IMG/VR virus record: IMGVR_UViG_3300037307_000169
Location: 856-64,855 of that record
Strand: one strand, 5' to 3'
Source: a virus
Taxonomy: Duplodnaviria > Caudoviricetes
DNA length: 64,000 nt
Part shown: piece after piece, positions 63,570-64,000 of the stretch
Numbering within the stretch: the first letter of the stretch is position 1
How the letters are laid out: every line of letters starts with the position of its first letter
The notes under the pieces: model-generated
Seen by the model: only the letters and a program-made list of their open reading frames with translations
Told to the model about the DNA's origin: nothing
Databases searched by the model: none
Position numbers and translations under genes: made by a program

Positions 63570-64000
63570 TTACTTGATGGTTGTGCCCTTCGGCTTGAGA
63601 TCGACCCGCCGATAGGCCTGGTTATGTTTTCCGCCCGAGGCGGAGTCGAATTGAGCCGCGGCGCGCATGAGCTGGATCTTGTCGTCCTTGGTGCGGTCGC
63701 GGATCTCCTCCTTGCGTTTGCGCCGGCGGTGCTCGCGGTCGCGCTCCATGTAGAGGGCCGCCTCTTTCAAACGGTCCTTCATCGGCACCCGCTGCAGATC
63801 GGATTCCTGCAGCTTGCGCAGGTCGCGTTCGTCGGGATGGCGGAAGCCGCCGCCCTCGGCCTGGATCAGCCAGACGTTGACGGGCTCGCCGACCGGCCGG
63901 GCGTAAGTGATTACGAAGTGCTCATGCTCCGGGACAAACTTGCACCCCAGCTTGGGGTCGAGCTTTTTGAGACGCGCGACGAAATCGCGGTCGGGTTGCG
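63570..64000 (-). CDS. Hypothetical protein, 5'-truncated by the window edge
   Basis: Open frame from the edge: ...PDRDFVARLKKLDPKLGCKF...RRVDLKPKGTTIK. Confidence 0.7.
   Translation of the reverse strand, partial: QPDRDFVARLKKLDPKLGCKFVPEHEHFVITYARPVGEPVNVWLIQAEGGGFRHPDERDLRKLQESDLQRVPMKDRLKEAALYMERDREHRRRKRKEEIRDRTKDDKIQLMRAAAQFDSASGGKHNQAYRRVDLKPKGTTIK

Larger units (their letters stand above)
1..64000. mobile_element. Tailed dsDNA bacteriophage genome, podovirus-like, probably near-complete and circularly permuted
   Basis: Terminase, portal, scaffold, capsid, tail-tube, fibre, ejection, endolysin and replication genes are all present. No host housekeeping genes. Late genes leave the left edge after the capsid gene and resume at the right edge on the same strand. 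Confidence 0.95.

Overview
The whole window is one tailed dsDNA bacteriophage genome (about 60% GC), probably near-complete and circularly permuted. It has a podovirus-like structure: P22/T7-type portal and tail-tube proteins plus very large ejection proteins. The minus strand carries replication initiation (15.7-13 kb), then lysis-like membrane genes, terminase, portal, scaffold and capsid (12.6-0.1 kb). From the right end it carries adaptor, tail, fibre and ejection genes (64-28.3 kb). The plus strand (15.9-27.8 kb) carries early genes for recombination, a helicase and candidate DNA modification. I found no integrase, CI-type repressor, tRNA, CRISPR array or reverse transcriptase. Main highlights: (1) a Sec-exported small di-heme c-type cytochrome gene wedged between two tail genes; (2) a 4290-aa polyvalent ejection protein carrying ART-like, PRTase, JAB and radical-SAM-like domains plus a duplicated module, with the domains separated by a recurring [F/A/L]S[V/M][K/R] linker; (3) a Rad50/SbcC-like ATPase split into two genes; (4) two different direct-repeat arrays with an exact 11-bp period at regulatory positions; (5) a candidate late promoter with a structured, switch-like leader; (6) a radical SAM / DUF5131 / Mom-like cluster. 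All family assignments come from motif recognition by eye; no database searches were run.
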